Shown here: one piece after another, positions 37,283 through 49,891 of the stretch | Numbering within the stretch: position 1 is the first letter of the stretch | Layout of the letters: every line of letters starts with the position of its first letter | Assembly (NCBI GenBank): GCA_964441705.1 | Contig: CAYTWF010000001.1 | Coordinates: 42,163 to 106,162 of the forward strand | DNA: 64,000 nucleotides | Direction of reading: 5' to 3' | Source: an uncultured Butyrivibrio sp. | GTDB taxonomy: Bacteria; Bacillota; Clostridia; Lachnospirales; Lachnospiraceae | The notes under the pieces: generated by a model | Databases searched by the model: none | Seen by the model: the letters and a program-made list of their open reading frames with translations, nothing else | What the model was told of the DNA's origin: nothing | Program-made: the position numbers and the translations under genes

Positions 37283-38527
37283 ATGGACAATATTGATAAG
37301 AAGGCACAAAGGACTGAAAGTCAACAGCTTAGGTTGCTTAGAGAGGCACTGGATAAGGCAGAGACAGCCAATAGAGCGAAGACAGATTTTTTCTCCAGGC
37401 TGAGTCATGATATGAGAACCCCACTTAATGGGATTCTTGGAATTGCTGAACTGTCACAAGGGGAATATGATGTAACGGTTCTTAGAGATAATATAGACAA
37501 GATTAAGAAATCAGGGGAATATCTTCTTAGTCTGGTTAATGATACACTCGATTTGCAGAAAATAGAAAGCGGCAAGCTGGTGCTTGAGCCGGAGACGGTC
37601 AGAGCTCAGGATATTCTTGACAATATTACTGGAATGTTTGCAGGTGTGGCTCAGGAAAAAGATATTGAGTTCAGATTTGTTAATGTCAATGTGGACATGA
37701 ATTGCTATATTCATATGGACCCAATAAGAGTTAAACAGATATTTATCAATCTTTTGTCCAATGCGGTGAAGTTTACACCGGAAGGCGGAATTGTTGAGCT
37801 GAAAATAGAATGTGAGAAACGTGATGCATTGACTACACATGAAGTAATTACTATAAGTGATACAGGAATTGGAATGAGCAGGGAATTTCAGCAGAATAGT
37901 CTTTTTAAGCCATTTGCGCAGGAAAACAATGAAAGGACAAGCCAGTATAGGGGAACGGGACTGGGATTATCTATTGTTAAGAATCTTGTTGAACTTATGG
38001 GAGGCAGAATAGAACTGAACAGTGAGGTTGGTGAAGGCACACAGTTTAAGGTATACCTGAATTTTGAACTGGCAGATGACGTTGAGATAAGCAGCAGGGA
38101 GAGAATGGAGCAGACTGAAGGTACAGGTACAGTTGATATTCTTAGACACAGGAATATTCTGGTGGCAGAGGACCATCCACTTAATGCAGAGATTGCAAAA
38201 AGACTTCTTGAGAATGTAGATTGTAATGTAACCATAGCGGAAAATGGACAGAAATGCCTTGATACATTTGGCGACTCGGAGATTGGAGAATATGCGGCCA
38301 TACTTATGGATATAAGAATGCCGGTTATGGATGGGCTGACAGCAGCCAGAGCTATACGTAATCTCAATAGAGAGGATGCAGGGAATATTCCTATAATTGC
38401 AATGACGGCTAACGCATTTGATGAAGATGCAAGGGCAGCAATTGAGGCAGGAATGAACGCACATCTTGGCAAACCAATTGACACCGGGATGATGTATGAT
38501 ATCCTTGAACGACTTATTGCACAATAA
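37283..38527 (+). CDS. Hybrid histidine kinase / receiver with no sensor domain
   Basis: 'AKTDFFSRLSHDMRTPLNGI', 'NLLSNAVKFT', 'DTGIGMS', 'GTGLGLSI', receiver 'ILVAEDHPLN', 'MDIRMPVMDG', 'AMTANAF', 'KP'; start 37283 (RBS AGGGAG) or 37256. Confidence 0.9.
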   Translation: MDNIDKKAQRTESQQLRLLREALDKAETANRAKTDFFSRLSHDMRTPLNGILGIAELSQGEYDVTVLRDNIDKIKKSGEYLLSLVNDTLDLQKIESGKLVLEPETVRAQDILDNITGMFAGVAQEKDIEFRFVNVNVDMNCYIHMDPIRVKQIFINLLSNAVKFTPEGGIVELKIECEKRDALTTHEVITISDTGIGMSREFQQNSLFKPFAQENNERTSQYRGTGLGLSIVKNLVELMGGRIELNSEVGEGTQFKVYLNFELADDVEISSRERMEQTEGTGTVDILRHRNILVAEDHPLNAEIAKRLLENVDCNVTIAENGQKCLDTFGDSEIGEYAAILMDIRMPVMDGLTAARAIRNLNREDAGNIPIIAMTANAFDEDARAAIEAGMNAHLGKPIDTGMMYDILERLIAQ

Positions 38528-38543
38528 AATAATTTAACCTAAT

Positions 38544-38593
38544 AAAAAGGATGAAAAAATGACACTTAAACAAATTTTTTCACCCTTTTTTTT
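38544..38593 (+). terminator. Putative terminator after the hybrid kinase
   Basis: AAAAAGGATGAAAAAAT...ATTTTTTCACCCTTTTT inverted repeat followed by a T-run. Confidence 0.5.
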
Positions 38594-38647
38594 GTGCAAA
38601 AATATTAGATAATACATAATAGATAAAACTCAGGAGAGGAGTACTCT

Positions 38648-40807
38648 ATGAAAAAAAAGATAACCAACCCTTTTAAAAATTTAAAATTCAAAAAACTTAA
38701 TAGAACTTCCAAAACCGACAAGCCTGTTAAAACGGCTAAAGCGCATAAAACAAAGCCTGTAAAGAAAGAAAGAACCTCAGGACGCAAGGGAATTTCCATT
38801 AGAATCCAGCTCTTGGCGGGATTTATTATTCCTATCCTGTTTGTGGTTCTTGTAGGTACGATTTCATACCAGAAAGCGTCAGAGGGCTTGACACGTAATT
38901 ACGAGGAATCCTCAGATTCAGCACTTTCGATGACAATAAGCTCATTTGATGAGTCAATGAAGTCTGTAACCTCAATACTTATGGAGTTGTCACAGGATAC
39001 TAATGTGCGTTCCTATTCGTTAGGAGGATATTCCGATAATACATCTAAGGCAGACGCTGCCAAGCAGTCTATCAGGAATAACCTGAATGTTAAAGCAACC
39101 TCCAACAGCCTTATTGAGAATATACATATTATTCCAATTACCGGTGAGGAAGTGCTTACAACTAAAAAACTTGATTCTGCTTCAATAGACAGCTTTATTT
39201 CCAGTATGGAGTCGTCAGATGATGGTGCACTGCTAAAGGACGGATTAATTCACTGGCAGACCGCACACCCATTTATTGATGATAAGCTTGGTATTGGAGA
39301 AGGTGAATACGCAGTATTTGCAAGCCAGATGTTTAACAGCGGTTCAGTAAAGGGAATTGTTGTAATAGATATAAGCACTAAAGGTCTTATTGATATGCTT
39401 AACAAGCTTGATTTTGGCGAAGGCAGCTACGCATGCTTTTATAATCAGGACGGAATGGATATCTGTAATAAAGAGGATTTCTCAGTTACATCACTTGATG
39501 AAGAGTTGCTTAACACAGATGACAGCTATGAATCAAAATACATTGATTACAATGGCAGTGATTATTATTTTATGCAGATGAAGAGTACAACCAATGATGC
39601 TGTACTTGCTGTTCTTGTACCGAAGTCACATATTACTGAAAGCTCGGATTACATTAAACGAATTACAATTATTCTTGTTGCTATAGCATGTCTTGCCGCA
39701 TTTGGAATATGTACATTGATAATCACAATGATTGGCAGAAATATTAATTCAAGCATTAAACAGCTTGAAAAGGTTGCTAACGGAGAGCTTATTGAGATTA
39801 AGGATGGCAATATCAGAGACCGCAATGAATTTGGCAAGCTCAGACACGCAATTGCATCCACGGTCAGTAAGATGAGACAGCTTCTTTTGACAGTATCAGA
39901 TACCAAGAATCAGGTTCTTACATCTTTTGATAATGTAAGAAGCTCAACAGAGGAGCTTGGAAGCTCAGTTGAATCTGTTAACGGACAGATAGAAGAGATT
40001 AACAGCAATATAGAAATGGAAAACAGTGATATTACAGGCTGCAATGAACAGATGGAAAGCCTGTCAGTCAGAATTAAAACTGTTAATAAACGTATTAAAG
40101 ATATTATGGAACAGGTTACACAATCCAGACAGCTTATTAATAACGGAATGCAGGCTGTTGAGGATATGATGGTTCAGTCAAGAGATACCGCTAATGCAAC
40201 CAAAGAAGTGCAGCAGCAGGTAAGCAGTCTTGAATCCAGACTTGGACAGATAAGCAGCTTTGTTGATGTTATTCAGTCAATCGCACAGGAGACCAATCTT
40301 TTGTCACTTAACGCCTCTATTGAAGCTGCCAGAGCAGGAGAATCAGGCAGAGGCTTTGCAGTTGTAGCACAGGAGATTAGAAAGCTGGCAGACAGTTCAG
40401 CGGAGACTGTTAATGAGATACATACAATTATTAAAGAGATAGATGAGTACTCACAGGCAGTTATGGGCAAGGTTGAATCAGCCGAGCAGATTTCATCTTC
40501 ACAGGTTGAAAGTGCACATACCACAATTGCAGCGTTTACGCAGATTAATGCATTTATGGAGACTCTTACGGAGCATATGGACAATGTTAATAATGACGTA
40601 GTTAACATGAATACAGAACGTCATAACACACTTAGAACAATTCAGTCCATACAGGAAGCATCCAGTCATTCAGTTGAGTCTACCAAAGAGGTTAGCAGAA
40701 TCCTTGAGGAACAGATGGAAGCATCTGAGCTTTTACAGAAAGAGACAGATAAGATGAATGAAAGGATTCTCGAATTACAAGAGGCTATAGGCACTTTTGT
40801 ATTATAG
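38648..40807 (+). CDS. Methyl-accepting chemotaxis protein
   Basis: Two TM helices around an extracellular domain, HAMP ('NEFGKL'), signalling hairpin '[37 protein letters not shown]'. Confidence 0.95.
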   Translation: MKKKITNPFKNLKFKKLNRTSKTDKPVKTAKAHKTKPVKKERTSGRKGISIRIQLLAGFIIPILFVVLVGTISYQKASEGLTRNYEESSDSALSMTISSFDESMKSVTSILMELSQDTNVRSYSLGGYSDNTSKADAAKQSIRNNLNVKATSNSLIENIHIIPITGEEVLTTKKLDSASIDSFISSMESSDDGALLKDGLIHWQTAHPFIDDKLGIGEGEYAVFASQMFNSGSVKGIVVIDISTKGLIDMLNKLDFGEGSYACFYNQDGMDICNKEDFSVTSLDEELLNTDDSYESKYIDYNGSDYYFMQMKSTTNDAVLAVLVPKSHITESSDYIKRITIILVAIACLAAFGICTLIITMIGRNINSSIKQLEKVANGELIEIKDGNIRDRNEFGKLRHAIASTVSKMRQLLLTVSDTKNQVLTSFDNVRSSTEELGSSVESVNGQIEEINSNIEMENSDITGCNEQMESLSVRIKTVNKRIKDIMEQVTQSRQLINNGMQAVEDMMVQSRDTANATKEVQQQVSSLESRLGQISSFVDVIQSIAQETNLLSLNASIEAARAGESGRGFAVVAQEIRKLADSSAETVNEIHTIIKEIDEYSQAVMGKVESAEQISSSQVESAHTTIAAFTQINAFMETLTEHMDNVNNDVVNMNTERHNTLRTIQSIQEASSHSVESTKEVSRILEEQMEASELLQKETDKMNERILELQEAIGTFVL

Positions 40808-40826
40808 GGCAGAGGTCAGAACCGGA

Positions 40827-42620
40827 ATGAAAAAACATATTAGAGCAATTGTTATTGCTATCGTAATACTTTTACTGGCAGCTGTGGGAATTGTGGCAGC
40901 TACAGTATTAAGAAAGGACAGGAAGACTCAGATAAAAGACTACCATACAGAGCTTTTTGGTGACAATGTATATGTATTTTCTCCAGATGATAATGTGGAG
41001 GAGGTTCAAAAGATACTTGATGATATGTACCAGAAGCAGGAGAGCAACCAGTTCGGAGATGAAAGATACAGCATATATTTTATGCCGGGAGAATATGATG
41101 AAAGCCTGCAGGTTAATCTTGGCTTTTACATGCAGGTTGCAGGACTTGGAGAGACACCAACACAGACTGCAATTCCGGCACTTAGATGCGAAGCAAGGTG
41201 GCTGGAGCCGGGAAGCAGCAATCATAATGCATGCTGTAACTTCTGGCGTGGAGTAGAGAATATTGAAGTACAGAGTAACACAATGTTCGCAGTATCTCAG
41301 GCAACCTTTATGAGACGTACTCAGATTGATGGTGCACTTTTTCTCCATGATGAGAATGGCTGGTGTAGTGGAGGCTTTTTGGCAGACAGCAATATAGACC
41401 TGATGGTTGATTCTGGTTCACAGCAGCAGTGGCTGTCAAGAAACTGCAATTGGAAGCAATGGATGGGCTCCAACTGGAATATGGTATTTGCAGGAATTGA
41501 AGCTGGTAAAGCTCCAAATGGCGCATGGCCGGCAATCCCATATACTAAGGTTGAGGAGACTGAGGTTATCAGAGAAAAACCTTTCCTTATGTATGAAAAA
41601 GGCGAGTTTTATGTGGCGGTGCCTTTATTTAAAGAAAACAGCACAGGTACTTCATGGCAGAATGAAGCTTCAATGGATAAGCTGCCTATAAGTGATTTCT
41701 ATATAGCCAAGGCTGATAAGGATAATGCAGATACTATTAATGAAGCACTTGAACAGGGCAGGAATCTTTTTCTGACACCTGGTATATATGAACTTGATAA
41801 GCCAATTGTTATTAATGATGATAATACAGTGGTACTTGGAAGCGGACTTGCAACACTTAGACCTGTTAAGGGAACAGAAGCAATTGTTACTAATACAAGC
41901 AATGGATTAATTATTGCAGGGTTGCTTATTGATGCCGGAGGCGTTGAAACACAGCAGCTTATGGTAGTTAATCAGTCTGAGCAGGCAGCTGACACTGATA
42001 CAGATGCAATGCTTAGTGACCTTTTCTTCAGAGTTGGCGGAGCCCCTGCTTCACAGCCAGCAAGAACGAAGAGCTGTCTTGTAATTAATGCAGATAATGT
42101 CGTAGGAGATAACTTCTGGATATGGAGAGCCGACCATGGTGACCAGGTTGCCTGGGACCTTAATACTGCGGCTAATGGACTTATTGTTAATGGCGATAAT
42201 GTGCTTATATATGCATTGATGGTAGAACATTTCCAGGAATACCAGACAATATGGAATGGTGAGAATGGAAAGATAATTATGTATCAAAGTGAAATCCCTT
42301 ATGATGTACCGTCTCAGGATGTATGGATGAGCAGAGATGGGACAAGAAGAGGATATTCATCAATATTTGTAGCAGATGATGTAGAACAGTTTGAGGCATG
42401 GGGACTTGGAATATATCTCTATAACAGAGATGCCAAGGTGTGCCTGGAATCGGCAATGGAGATTCCTGACAGAACCGGTGTTAAGGTTCACAATATATGT
42501 ACAGTTCTTTTGACAGGCAATCCTGGAATGAATCATGTGATTAATGACCAGGGTGGAAGCGTATATTCGCCTTCTGAGAGAAAAGTAATATGTGAATACG
42601 AAAACGGGATTATTAAATAA
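40827..42620 (+). CDS. Bacterial GH55-type exo-beta-1,3-glucanase with N-terminal membrane anchor/signal
   Basis: 'FGDNVYVFSP', 'QQESNQFGDERY', 'NFWRGVEN', 'AVSQA', 'SQQQW', 'REKPFL', 'WIWRADHG', 'VEHFQEY', 'YQSEIPYD' match my recollection of actinobacterial GH55 laminarinases such as SacteLam55A. Confidence 0.8.
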   Translation: MKKHIRAIVIAIVILLLAAVGIVAATVLRKDRKTQIKDYHTELFGDNVYVFSPDDNVEEVQKILDDMYQKQESNQFGDERYSIYFMPGEYDESLQVNLGFYMQVAGLGETPTQTAIPALRCEARWLEPGSSNHNACCNFWRGVENIEVQSNTMFAVSQATFMRRTQIDGALFLHDENGWCSGGFLADSNIDLMVDSGSQQQWLSRNCNWKQWMGSNWNMVFAGIEAGKAPNGAWPAIPYTKVEETEVIREKPFLMYEKGEFYVAVPLFKENSTGTSWQNEASMDKLPISDFYIAKADKDNADTINEALEQGRNLFLTPGIYELDKPIVINDDNTVVLGSGLATLRPVKGTEAIVTNTSNGLIIAGLLIDAGGVETQQLMVVNQSEQAADTDTDAMLSDLFFRVGGAPASQPARTKSCLVINADNVVGDNFWIWRADHGDQVAWDLNTAANGLIVNGDNVLIYALMVEHFQEYQTIWNGENGKIIMYQSEIPYDVPSQDVWMSRDGTRRGYSSIFVADDVEQFEAWGLGIYLYNRDAKVCLESAMEIPDRTGVKVHNICTVLLTGNPGMNHVINDQGGSVYSPSERKVICEYENGIIK

Positions 42621-42638
42621 ATGGGAGGTAGTACCACA

Positions 42639-45326
42639 ATGAAGAAGTACAAATTTACAGACAAAAAAGGTTCGTTTGAACTGGACAACCCGGAAGACAT
42701 AAGCTATTTGTATTTTCCTATTGCTGGAGAAAGCGGTCTTAAGAGCAGTGTAACACCTGTATTATCAGGAGATTCCAAGACGGACAACAATCATTTCCTT
42801 CTTGAGCCAATGAGCGCAGAAAATCTCCATAATAATAGAAACACCAGAAATTTCTGGTGCCGTGTGGAGGGCTTTAAACCATGGTCCGTATGTGGACAGA
42901 GTGCAGAAGCAATAGTTAAGCGTGGTACCGGACTTAGAGATGAAAGTGTTCTTAATGCAGGCTTTATGTGGCATACATTAACAAGAACGTCAAGGGAGCT
43001 TGAACTTAAAGCAGTTACAACCTCCTTTGTAACAGTTGAACAGGATGTAGAGGTAATGCTTGTTGAGATTACCAATATCGGTAATGAGACCAGAACTGTT
43101 ACACCAACAGCTGCTGTTCCAATCTTTGGAAGAAGTGCTGATAATATCAGAGACCACAGGCATGTAACCAGTCTTTTACACAGAATTAAGGTTACTAATA
43201 AGGGCGTTGTTGTTACACCAACATTGTCATTTGATGAAAGAGGACATAAGAGAAACAGTACCTCATATTACGTTATGGGTAATGACAGCACGGGAGAATA
43301 TCCTGTATCGTTTTTCCCTGTGACAGAGGAATATATTGGTGAAGGCGGAACCTACGAGTGGCCGGAGGCCGTTGTTAACAATCTTGCAGGTGTGGCCGCC
43401 GGAACAGAGCTTGCAGGCTATGAGGCAGTAGGCGGACTAAGATTTGCAGACCTTGTGTTAACACCTGGCGAGAGTCGTCAGTATGCAGTGTATTTTGGCA
43501 TAGCAGAGGGTAATGTAATACCTGATATGTCAGTGGAGACAGCACATAAAGAGCTCGAAAAGGTTAAAAAATATTGGGTCGAAAAGGTTAATGTTGAATA
43601 CCATACAGGCAGTGAGGATTTTGACCAGTTCATGAATTGGGTAAGCTTCCAGCCTGTTTTGCGAAGAATTTACGGCTGCTCTTTTCTTCCTCATCATGAT
43701 TATGGTAAGGGCGGAAGAGGCTGGAGAGATATTTGGCAGGATTGCCTGGCTCTTCTGATTATGAATCCTGATGGAGTAAGGCAGATGCTTCTGGATAATT
43801 TCCAGGGAGTCAGAATAGATGGAACTAATGCTACAATTATTGGAAAGAATCAGGGAGAATTTATTGCGGACCGTAATAATATAACAAGAGTCTGGATGGA
43901 CCATGGTGTATGGCCGCTGATTACTACCAAGCTGTATATCAACCAGACTGGAGATGTTGAACTGCTTGATAATAAAATAACATACTTCAGGGATAAACAG
44001 ATTCACAGAGGAACCAAGGTTGATGAGAATTGGAGCAGTGAGGATGGAACCCTTCTCATGGACAGCCATGGAAGAGCATACGAGGGAACGGTACTTGAGC
44101 ATCTGCTTATTCAGACCCTTACAGCATTCTATGATGTTGGTGAGCACAATCATATACTGCTTCATGGTGCTGACTGGAATGATGCCCTTGATATGGCAGC
44201 TACAAGAGGTGAAAGCGTTGCATTTACCAACACATATGGGCAGAACTTAAGAGACCTTGCAGATATTATTGAGGAATACCAGAAAATAACAGGCAGACAG
44301 TCAGTTGTTCTTGCCAATGAGATAGTAACACTTCTTGAGGATGATGTGGTTATGTATCACAATATTGACCAGAAGCGTAACGTTCTTAACAATTATTTAT
44401 GTAACTGTGAGGGCAAAATAAGTGGAATTGGAATTGAGATTTCAATAGATAAGCTTGCGCAAAATCTTCGTAATAAAGCGGATTTCATTACTGAAAATAT
44501 TCGGAAAAAAGAATGGGTTGAGGATAATGAAGGTAATGGCTGGTTCAATGGATATTATGATAATAACGGTCATCAGGTTGAGGGTATGTACGGCAGCGCA
44601 GCAAGAATGATGCTTACAAGCCAGGTATTTGCAATAATGGCCGGGACCGCTGATGATGACAAGATAAGCCGTATAGAAAAAAGTGCTGACAGATACCTTT
44701 ATGACAGAGAAAGGGGCGGCTACAGACTTAATACCAATTTCAACGAGCTTAAGATGAACATGGGAAGAATGTTTGGATTTGCATATGGAACCAAAGAAAA
44801 TGGTGCTGTATTTTCCCATATGACGGTAATGTTTGCCAATGCTTTATATATGCATGGACATGTCAAAACAGGCTATAAGGCATTAAAGACACTGCAGGAG
44901 CAGGCAATGAATTTTGAAGTGAGCAGGATATATCCGGGAATTCCTGAGTATTTTAATGATAAGGGAAGAGGAATGTATCATTATCTCACAGGTGCAGCCA
45001 GCTGGTACATGATGACCGTTATTTCTCAGATGTATGGCGTTAAAGGCTGCTATGGAGACCTGGTGCTTGAACCTAAGCTTATGAAGGAACAGTTCTCAAA
45101 GGAGAAAAAAGCAGAGATTGAGCTTCCATTTGCAGATAGAAGATGGAAGATATGCTATTGGAACCTTTCAGATAAAGAATATGGTGAGTACAGGATTGCT
45201 TCTGTAAAGCATAATAATACAGAGCTTCCACTTGAGGACAAGACAACTGCGTATACAATCAGCGCAGCTGCAATCAGACAGATGAGTACCGATGAAACCC
45301 AGTGTATTGATGTATTTTTGGATTAA
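42639..45326 (+). CDS. GH94 phosphorylase, laminaribiose phosphorylase-like
   Basis: About 895 aa; 'SYLYFP', '[20 protein letters not shown]', '[16 protein letters not shown]', 'ADWNDALD', '[10 protein letters not shown]', 'GIPEYF', 'YLTGAASW' resemble Paenibacillus laminaribiose phosphorylase; RBS GGAGG. Confidence 0.85.
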   Translation: MKKYKFTDKKGSFELDNPEDISYLYFPIAGESGLKSSVTPVLSGDSKTDNNHFLLEPMSAENLHNNRNTRNFWCRVEGFKPWSVCGQSAEAIVKRGTGLRDESVLNAGFMWHTLTRTSRELELKAVTTSFVTVEQDVEVMLVEITNIGNETRTVTPTAAVPIFGRSADNIRDHRHVTSLLHRIKVTNKGVVVTPTLSFDERGHKRNSTSYYVMGNDSTGEYPVSFFPVTEEYIGEGGTYEWPEAVVNNLAGVAAGTELAGYEAVGGLRFADLVLTPGESRQYAVYFGIAEGNVIPDMSVETAHKELEKVKKYWVEKVNVEYHTGSEDFDQFMNWVSFQPVLRRIYGCSFLPHHDYGKGGRGWRDIWQDCLALLIMNPDGVRQMLLDNFQGVRIDGTNATIIGKNQGEFIADRNNITRVWMDHGVWPLITTKLYINQTGDVELLDNKITYFRDKQIHRGTKVDENWSSEDGTLLMDSHGRAYEGTVLEHLLIQTLTAFYDVGEHNHILLHGADWNDALDMAATRGESVAFTNTYGQNLRDLADIIEEYQKITGRQSVVLANEIVTLLEDDVVMYHNIDQKRNVLNNYLCNCEGKISGIGIEISIDKLAQNLRNKADFITENIRKKEWVEDNEGNGWFNGYYDNNGHQVEGMYGSAARMMLTSQVFAIMAGTADDDKISRIEKSADRYLYDRERGGYRLNTNFNELKMNMGRMFGFAYGTKENGAVFSHMTVMFANALYMHGHVKTGYKALKTLQEQAMNFEVSRIYPGIPEYFNDKGRGMYHYLTGAASWYMMTVISQMYGVKGCYGDLVLEPKLMKEQFSKEKKAEIELPFADRRWKICYWNLSDKEYGEYRIASVKHNNTELPLEDKTTAYTISAAAIRQMSTDETQCIDVFLD

Positions 45327-45346
45327 CAGTAAAAGAGGATGATGAG

Positions 45347-48300
45347 ATGAATGACGAGACATTTACAATGAACAATTACGGAAAGGAGTCAGCGTTTGCC
45401 AGCTTCCTTCCAGGAATAGCAGGGGTTAAGGGAATTCCTATATGGTGCTATTACGTTAACCGTGGTCAGTGTGTTGTAAGCTTTGGTGTTAACAATAAGG
45501 ACCAGGCAATCATGGAATTTTATCCTGCTCATGTTGCCTATCAGAACGTAAAGACAACAGGCTTTCGTACCTTTATTAAGATGGATGGAGTGGTAACGGA
45601 ACCATTTTCAGATGAAAATATTCCTCACAGTATGAAGATATCACAGAATGGTCTTGTGATTACTGAGAGCAATAAAGAAAATCTTATTGACACAGAGGTT
45701 ACCTATTATACTCTTCCGGGAGAAAACCTTGGAGCTCTTATTAGAAAGGTTGTAATAACTAACAAAAGCAGCTGCATACATGATGTGGAAGTAATTGACG
45801 GAATGCCTGCACTTATTCCATATGGTGTTGGAATGGACAGCATGAAGAACATGACCCAGACAACTAAGGCCTGGATGCAGGTTGAAGATATCAAAAACAA
45901 TACTCCATATTACAGAGTACGTGTGAGCATGAATGACTCAGCAGAGGTTGCCAGAATAGATGGTGGTAATTTCTCAGCAGCCTTTGATGGAACAGGAAAG
46001 AGACTTCAGCCAATAGTTGATACAGCAGTTATATTTGGTTATGACCTTTCACTTCGCAGACCTGTAGCATTTTATGAAAATTCACTTGAGGAACTGTTAC
46101 AGGCAGAACAAAACATTTCCAATCAGCTTCCATGCAGCTTTTATGGAAGACGTAAATGTATTAATTCTGGCGAGAGCATAGTTTTATATGAGATTATCGG
46201 ACAGGTTGAAAATAAGGACATTCTTAATGATTACCTTAAGAGTATACAGAGTGTTGATTATTTTGAAAACAAAAAACAGGAGGCTGACCAGCTTACACAG
46301 GAGTTATGTGATGTAATTAATACCCACACTGCTTCAAAGGAGTTTGATGCCTACTGCAGATACACATATATGGATAATGTTTTACGAGGCGGAGTGCCAA
46401 TGAAGCTTGGTAATAACAAGATTTTTTACCTGTATTCCAGAAAGCATGGAGATTTGGAGAGAGATTACAACTATTTCTCAATGCTGCCTGAATTCTATTC
46501 ACAGGGTAATGGTAATTTCCGTGATGTGAATCAGAACCGCAGGTGTGATACCTTCTTTTCTCCGTTTGTTGAGAGAGAAAATATTCATGAATTCTATAGC
46601 CTGATTCAGCTTGATGGTTATAATCCACTGGGAATAGAGAAGCTTACATATTGTCTTAATTCAGATACCGCAGCAAAGCTGCTTGCAGATATGGAAGATA
46701 ATTCCAGAGCAAAGATTATTAATGTTGTGACTAAAGCCTATACTCCTGGCTCATTATACAGAGCTATGCAGGAGCTGTCAGGTAATAATGTGGATGAGGA
46801 GCTGTTCCTGAAAATAATAGATATGTCAGACAGCCTTGTTAATGGTAATTTTGGAGAGGGCTATTGGAGTGACCACTGGACCTACAATCTCGATTTGATT
46901 AAAGATTATCTTGAGGTATATCCGGATAAGGAAGAGGATATGCTCTATGAGAAAGCTTATACCTTCTTTAAGGGTGAAGTAAATATTAATCCAAGAAGAA
47001 AGAGATATGCTAAGACGGCTAATGGAATCAGGCAGTATCATGCACTAAATGAAAGCAGCAGAAGACATTCTGCAGACAAGCTTATAGCAGCTGATTATGG
47101 AAGAGGCGAGACCTACAGGACAACTCTTATGGATAAGCTGATTCTTTTATGTACCACCAAGTATGCGGCTCTTGATGCCTATGGAATGGGTGTTGAGATG
47201 GAAGGTGGAAAGCCGGGCTGGTATGATGCACTTAACGGAATGCCTGGAATGCTTGGTTCATCAATGGCTGAGACCTACGAACTGTGCAGAATGCTTGATT
47301 ACACAATCAAAGCATTGGAAAAATATCCTGCAAGCATAAGCATATTAACTGAGCTGTACAGCTTTATTGACACTCTTGACAGAATAACACTTGAGGAACA
47401 TGACAGCATTAACTCACAGCAGGAGGTAATAAGCTTCTGGAATAAGGTTAATGATGCCAAGGAAGCATACAGAGACAGAGTATATACAGGGATTGAGGGC
47501 AAGGAGACTAAGGTTGCAGCTGATAAGCTGGCAGCAATACTTAAGCATTTCAAAGCCGTTGTAGATAGAGGAATTGAGAAGGCAAAAGAGTATGGAAAGG
47601 GAATATGCCCTACATATTTTACCTACAATGTTGTTTCATATATAGAGAATGAGGAAGGAATTCTTCCTACAAAGATGGAAGTGCAGATGATTCCTTATTT
47701 TTTGGAGGGACCTGTAAGATATCTTAAGCTGGATGCTCCAGCCACAGAGAAGAAACAGCTGTATAGAAATGTGAGAAACAGTGACCTGTTTGACACTAAG
47801 CTTAGTATGTACAAGGTTAATGCGTCTCTTGAAAATGCCTCATATGAATTAGGCAGAGCAAGAGCCTTCACACCAGGATGGCTTGAAAATGAATCTATCT
47901 GGCTTCATATGGAATATAAGTATCTGCTTGAACTTTTAAAGAGCGGACTATACGAAGAATTCTTTATGGACTTTAAGAATCAGGCAGTACCATTCCTTGA
48001 CCCAAAGGTATATGGAAGAAGCATTCTCGAAAATTCTTCTTTTATTGCCAGCAGCAAGAATCCTGATAAGAAGATTCACGGCAAGGGCTTTGTTGCAAGA
48101 CTTTCAGGCTCCACAATCGAGTTTATAAGCATGTGGAAATATATGATGTTTGGTAAAAATGTGCTTAGTATGGCTAATGATGAGCTTGTATTTGCACCTG
48201 CGCCTGCAATACCTGCATATCTTATTCCGTCAGATGGAAAGGTATGTACAAAGCTTTTTGGAAGCATAGCTGTTACGTATTGCTTTGACAAGGTAAAGGA

Positions 48301-48460
48301 TTATTATCCAGGTAATTATAAAATTACTGAGATGGAGGTTACATATAAAAACGGTTCAGTAATAACTGCTGTGGATGGATGTCTTAAGGGCAAAGCTGCC
48401 AAAGATATCAGAGACGGCAAGGTTAATTCAATAATAATAAACATTAAGGAGACTGTATGA
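45347..48460 (+). CDS. GH161-type beta-1,3-glucan phosphorylase
   Basis: 1037 aa; '[20 protein letters not shown]', '[13 protein letters not shown]', '[15 protein letters not shown]', '[15 protein letters not shown]', '[18 protein letters not shown]', 'ARLSGST'. Confidence 0.8.
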   Translation: MNDETFTMNNYGKESAFASFLPGIAGVKGIPIWCYYVNRGQCVVSFGVNNKDQAIMEFYPAHVAYQNVKTTGFRTFIKMDGVVTEPFSDENIPHSMKISQNGLVITESNKENLIDTEVTYYTLPGENLGALIRKVVITNKSSCIHDVEVIDGMPALIPYGVGMDSMKNMTQTTKAWMQVEDIKNNTPYYRVRVSMNDSAEVARIDGGNFSAAFDGTGKRLQPIVDTAVIFGYDLSLRRPVAFYENSLEELLQAEQNISNQLPCSFYGRRKCINSGESIVLYEIIGQVENKDILNDYLKSIQSVDYFENKKQEADQLTQELCDVINTHTASKEFDAYCRYTYMDNVLRGGVPMKLGNNKIFYLYSRKHGDLERDYNYFSMLPEFYSQGNGNFRDVNQNRRCDTFFSPFVERENIHEFYSLIQLDGYNPLGIEKLTYCLNSDTAAKLLADMEDNSRAKIINVVTKAYTPGSLYRAMQELSGNNVDEELFLKIIDMSDSLVNGNFGEGYWSDHWTYNLDLIKDYLEVYPDKEEDMLYEKAYTFFKGEVNINPRRKRYAKTANGIRQYHALNESSRRHSADKLIAADYGRGETYRTTLMDKLILLCTTKYAALDAYGMGVEMEGGKPGWYDALNGMPGMLGSSMAETYELCRMLDYTIKALEKYPASISILTELYSFIDTLDRITLEEHDSINSQQEVISFWNKVNDAKEAYRDRVYTGIEGKETKVAADKLAAILKHFKAVVDRGIEKAKEYGKGICPTYFTYNVVSYIENEEGILPTKMEVQMIPYFLEGPVRYLKLDAPATEKKQLYRNVRNSDLFDTKLSMYKVNASLENASYELGRARAFTPGWLENESIWLHMEYKYLLELLKSGLYEEFFMDFKNQAVPFLDPKVYGRSILENSSFIASSKNPDKKIHGKGFVARLSGSTIEFISMWKYMMFGKNVLSMANDELVFAPAPAIPAYLIPSDGKVCTKLFGSIAVTYCFDKVKDYYPGNYKITEMEVTYKNGSVITAVDGCLKGKAAKDIRDGKVNSIIINIKETV

Positions 48461-49788
48461 TTAAGATTGTAACAGATTATGCCGGAAAAGAATTCTGGCA
48501 GACCGGTCAGATTGACATGGAAAATGTCACTGACTGTATGCATGTAATTAACATTCATCCTGATGTACAATACCAGAGATTTCATGGATTTGGAGGGGCC
48601 TTTACGGAGGCCTCTGCTCATGTGTACGCTGGTATGAGTCAGGAGAAAAAAAAGGAGATAATTGAGGCCTGCTTTGGCAGAACCGGACTCCGCTACAATA
48701 TGGGACGTATCCATATGAACAGCTGTGATTTTGCTCTTGGTAACTACACTTATATAGAAGAAGGGGATACACAGCTTAAAAGCTTTAGTATTGAACATGA
48801 CCTGAAGGAAATCATTCCAATGATTAAGGATGCCGAAAAGGCTGCCGGTGGTCCAATTAAGCTTCTTATGTCTCCATGGTCACCACCTGCATTTATGAAG
48901 ACTAACGGTGAAATGAATAATGGCGGAAAGCTTAAGGAAGAGTATTATGACTGCTGGTCTGATTATTATGTAAGATTTATCCAGGAATACAGACAGCAGA
49001 AGCTGTCAATTGAATATCTTACTGTTCAGAACGAGCCTATGGCTGTACAGACCTGGGATTCCTGCATATATACTGGAACAGAAGAGGGTAATTTTGTAGG
49101 CAGATATCTTGGACCTAAGCTTAAGGCGGCTAATCTTTCTGACACTAAGATTTTTGTATGGGATCATAACAAGGAGGAGGGCTATAACAGATTTAAAGAG
49201 GTTATGTCCTGTCCTGATGCAGCACAATATATTAGCGGTGAAGCACTTCACTGGTACACAGGTGACCATTTTGAAGAGATTGAAATGGTTAAAAAAATGT
49301 ATCCAGATATGGAAATCTTCTTTACAGAGGGCTGCGTTGAATATTCAAGATTTGCAGACACTAATGCAGTATATAAGGGTGAAATGTATGGAAAAGACAT
49401 TATGGGCAATCTAAATGCCGGAATCACAGCATCACTTGACTGGAATCTTGTGCTTGACAGTGAGGGTGGACCTAACCATGTTGGTAATTTCTGCGAAGCT
49501 CCTGTAATGTGCGACTATAAAAATGACACCTATGAAAAAAGATTACCTCTATATTATATTGGACATTTCAGCAGATATATTAAAGAAGGAGCCATAAGAA
49601 TAGGCAGCAGCAGATATACGGATAAGATTAAAGTAACGGCTTTTCTTAATCCTGATGGAGAGAGAGTAGTGGTAGTTCTTAATACATCTGACGAAGAGGT
49701 ACTAATTACGGTACGTGAAGACGGTAAGGGCTGTAATGCAGTAATGAGCCCTCATTCTATACATACATATTTATATAATGTGCACTAA
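48457..49788 (+). CDS. GH30 glycoside hydrolase (glucosylceramidase-like beta-glucosidase)
   Basis: 'GFGGAFTEA', '[12 protein letters not shown]', acid/base 'QNEP', 'WDHN', 'HWY', nucleophile 'FTEGC', 'DWNL', 'GHFSRY'. Confidence 0.92.
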   Translation: MIKIVTDYAGKEFWQTGQIDMENVTDCMHVINIHPDVQYQRFHGFGGAFTEASAHVYAGMSQEKKKEIIEACFGRTGLRYNMGRIHMNSCDFALGNYTYIEEGDTQLKSFSIEHDLKEIIPMIKDAEKAAGGPIKLLMSPWSPPAFMKTNGEMNNGGKLKEEYYDCWSDYYVRFIQEYRQQKLSIEYLTVQNEPMAVQTWDSCIYTGTEEGNFVGRYLGPKLKAANLSDTKIFVWDHNKEEGYNRFKEVMSCPDAAQYISGEALHWYTGDHFEEIEMVKKMYPDMEIFFTEGCVEYSRFADTNAVYKGEMYGKDIMGNLNAGITASLDWNLVLDSEGGPNHVGNFCEAPVMCDYKNDTYEKRLPLYYIGHFSRYIKEGAIRIGSSRYTDKIKVTAFLNPDGERVVVVLNTSDEEVLITVREDGKGCNAVMSPHSIHTYLYNVH

Positions 49789-49891
49789 AAAAATGACACC
49801 AAAATAAAAAACAGGTAATTATACACAAAAACAAAATGATTTATACTTCATTTATCAACAAAAAGAAACAATTAAAAAAGGAGGATTTCTT

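Noticed and set aside
36014-38527. Integrated element at tRNA-Gly
   Set aside because: No integrase, and I found no duplicate of the tRNA 3' end elsewhere in the window.
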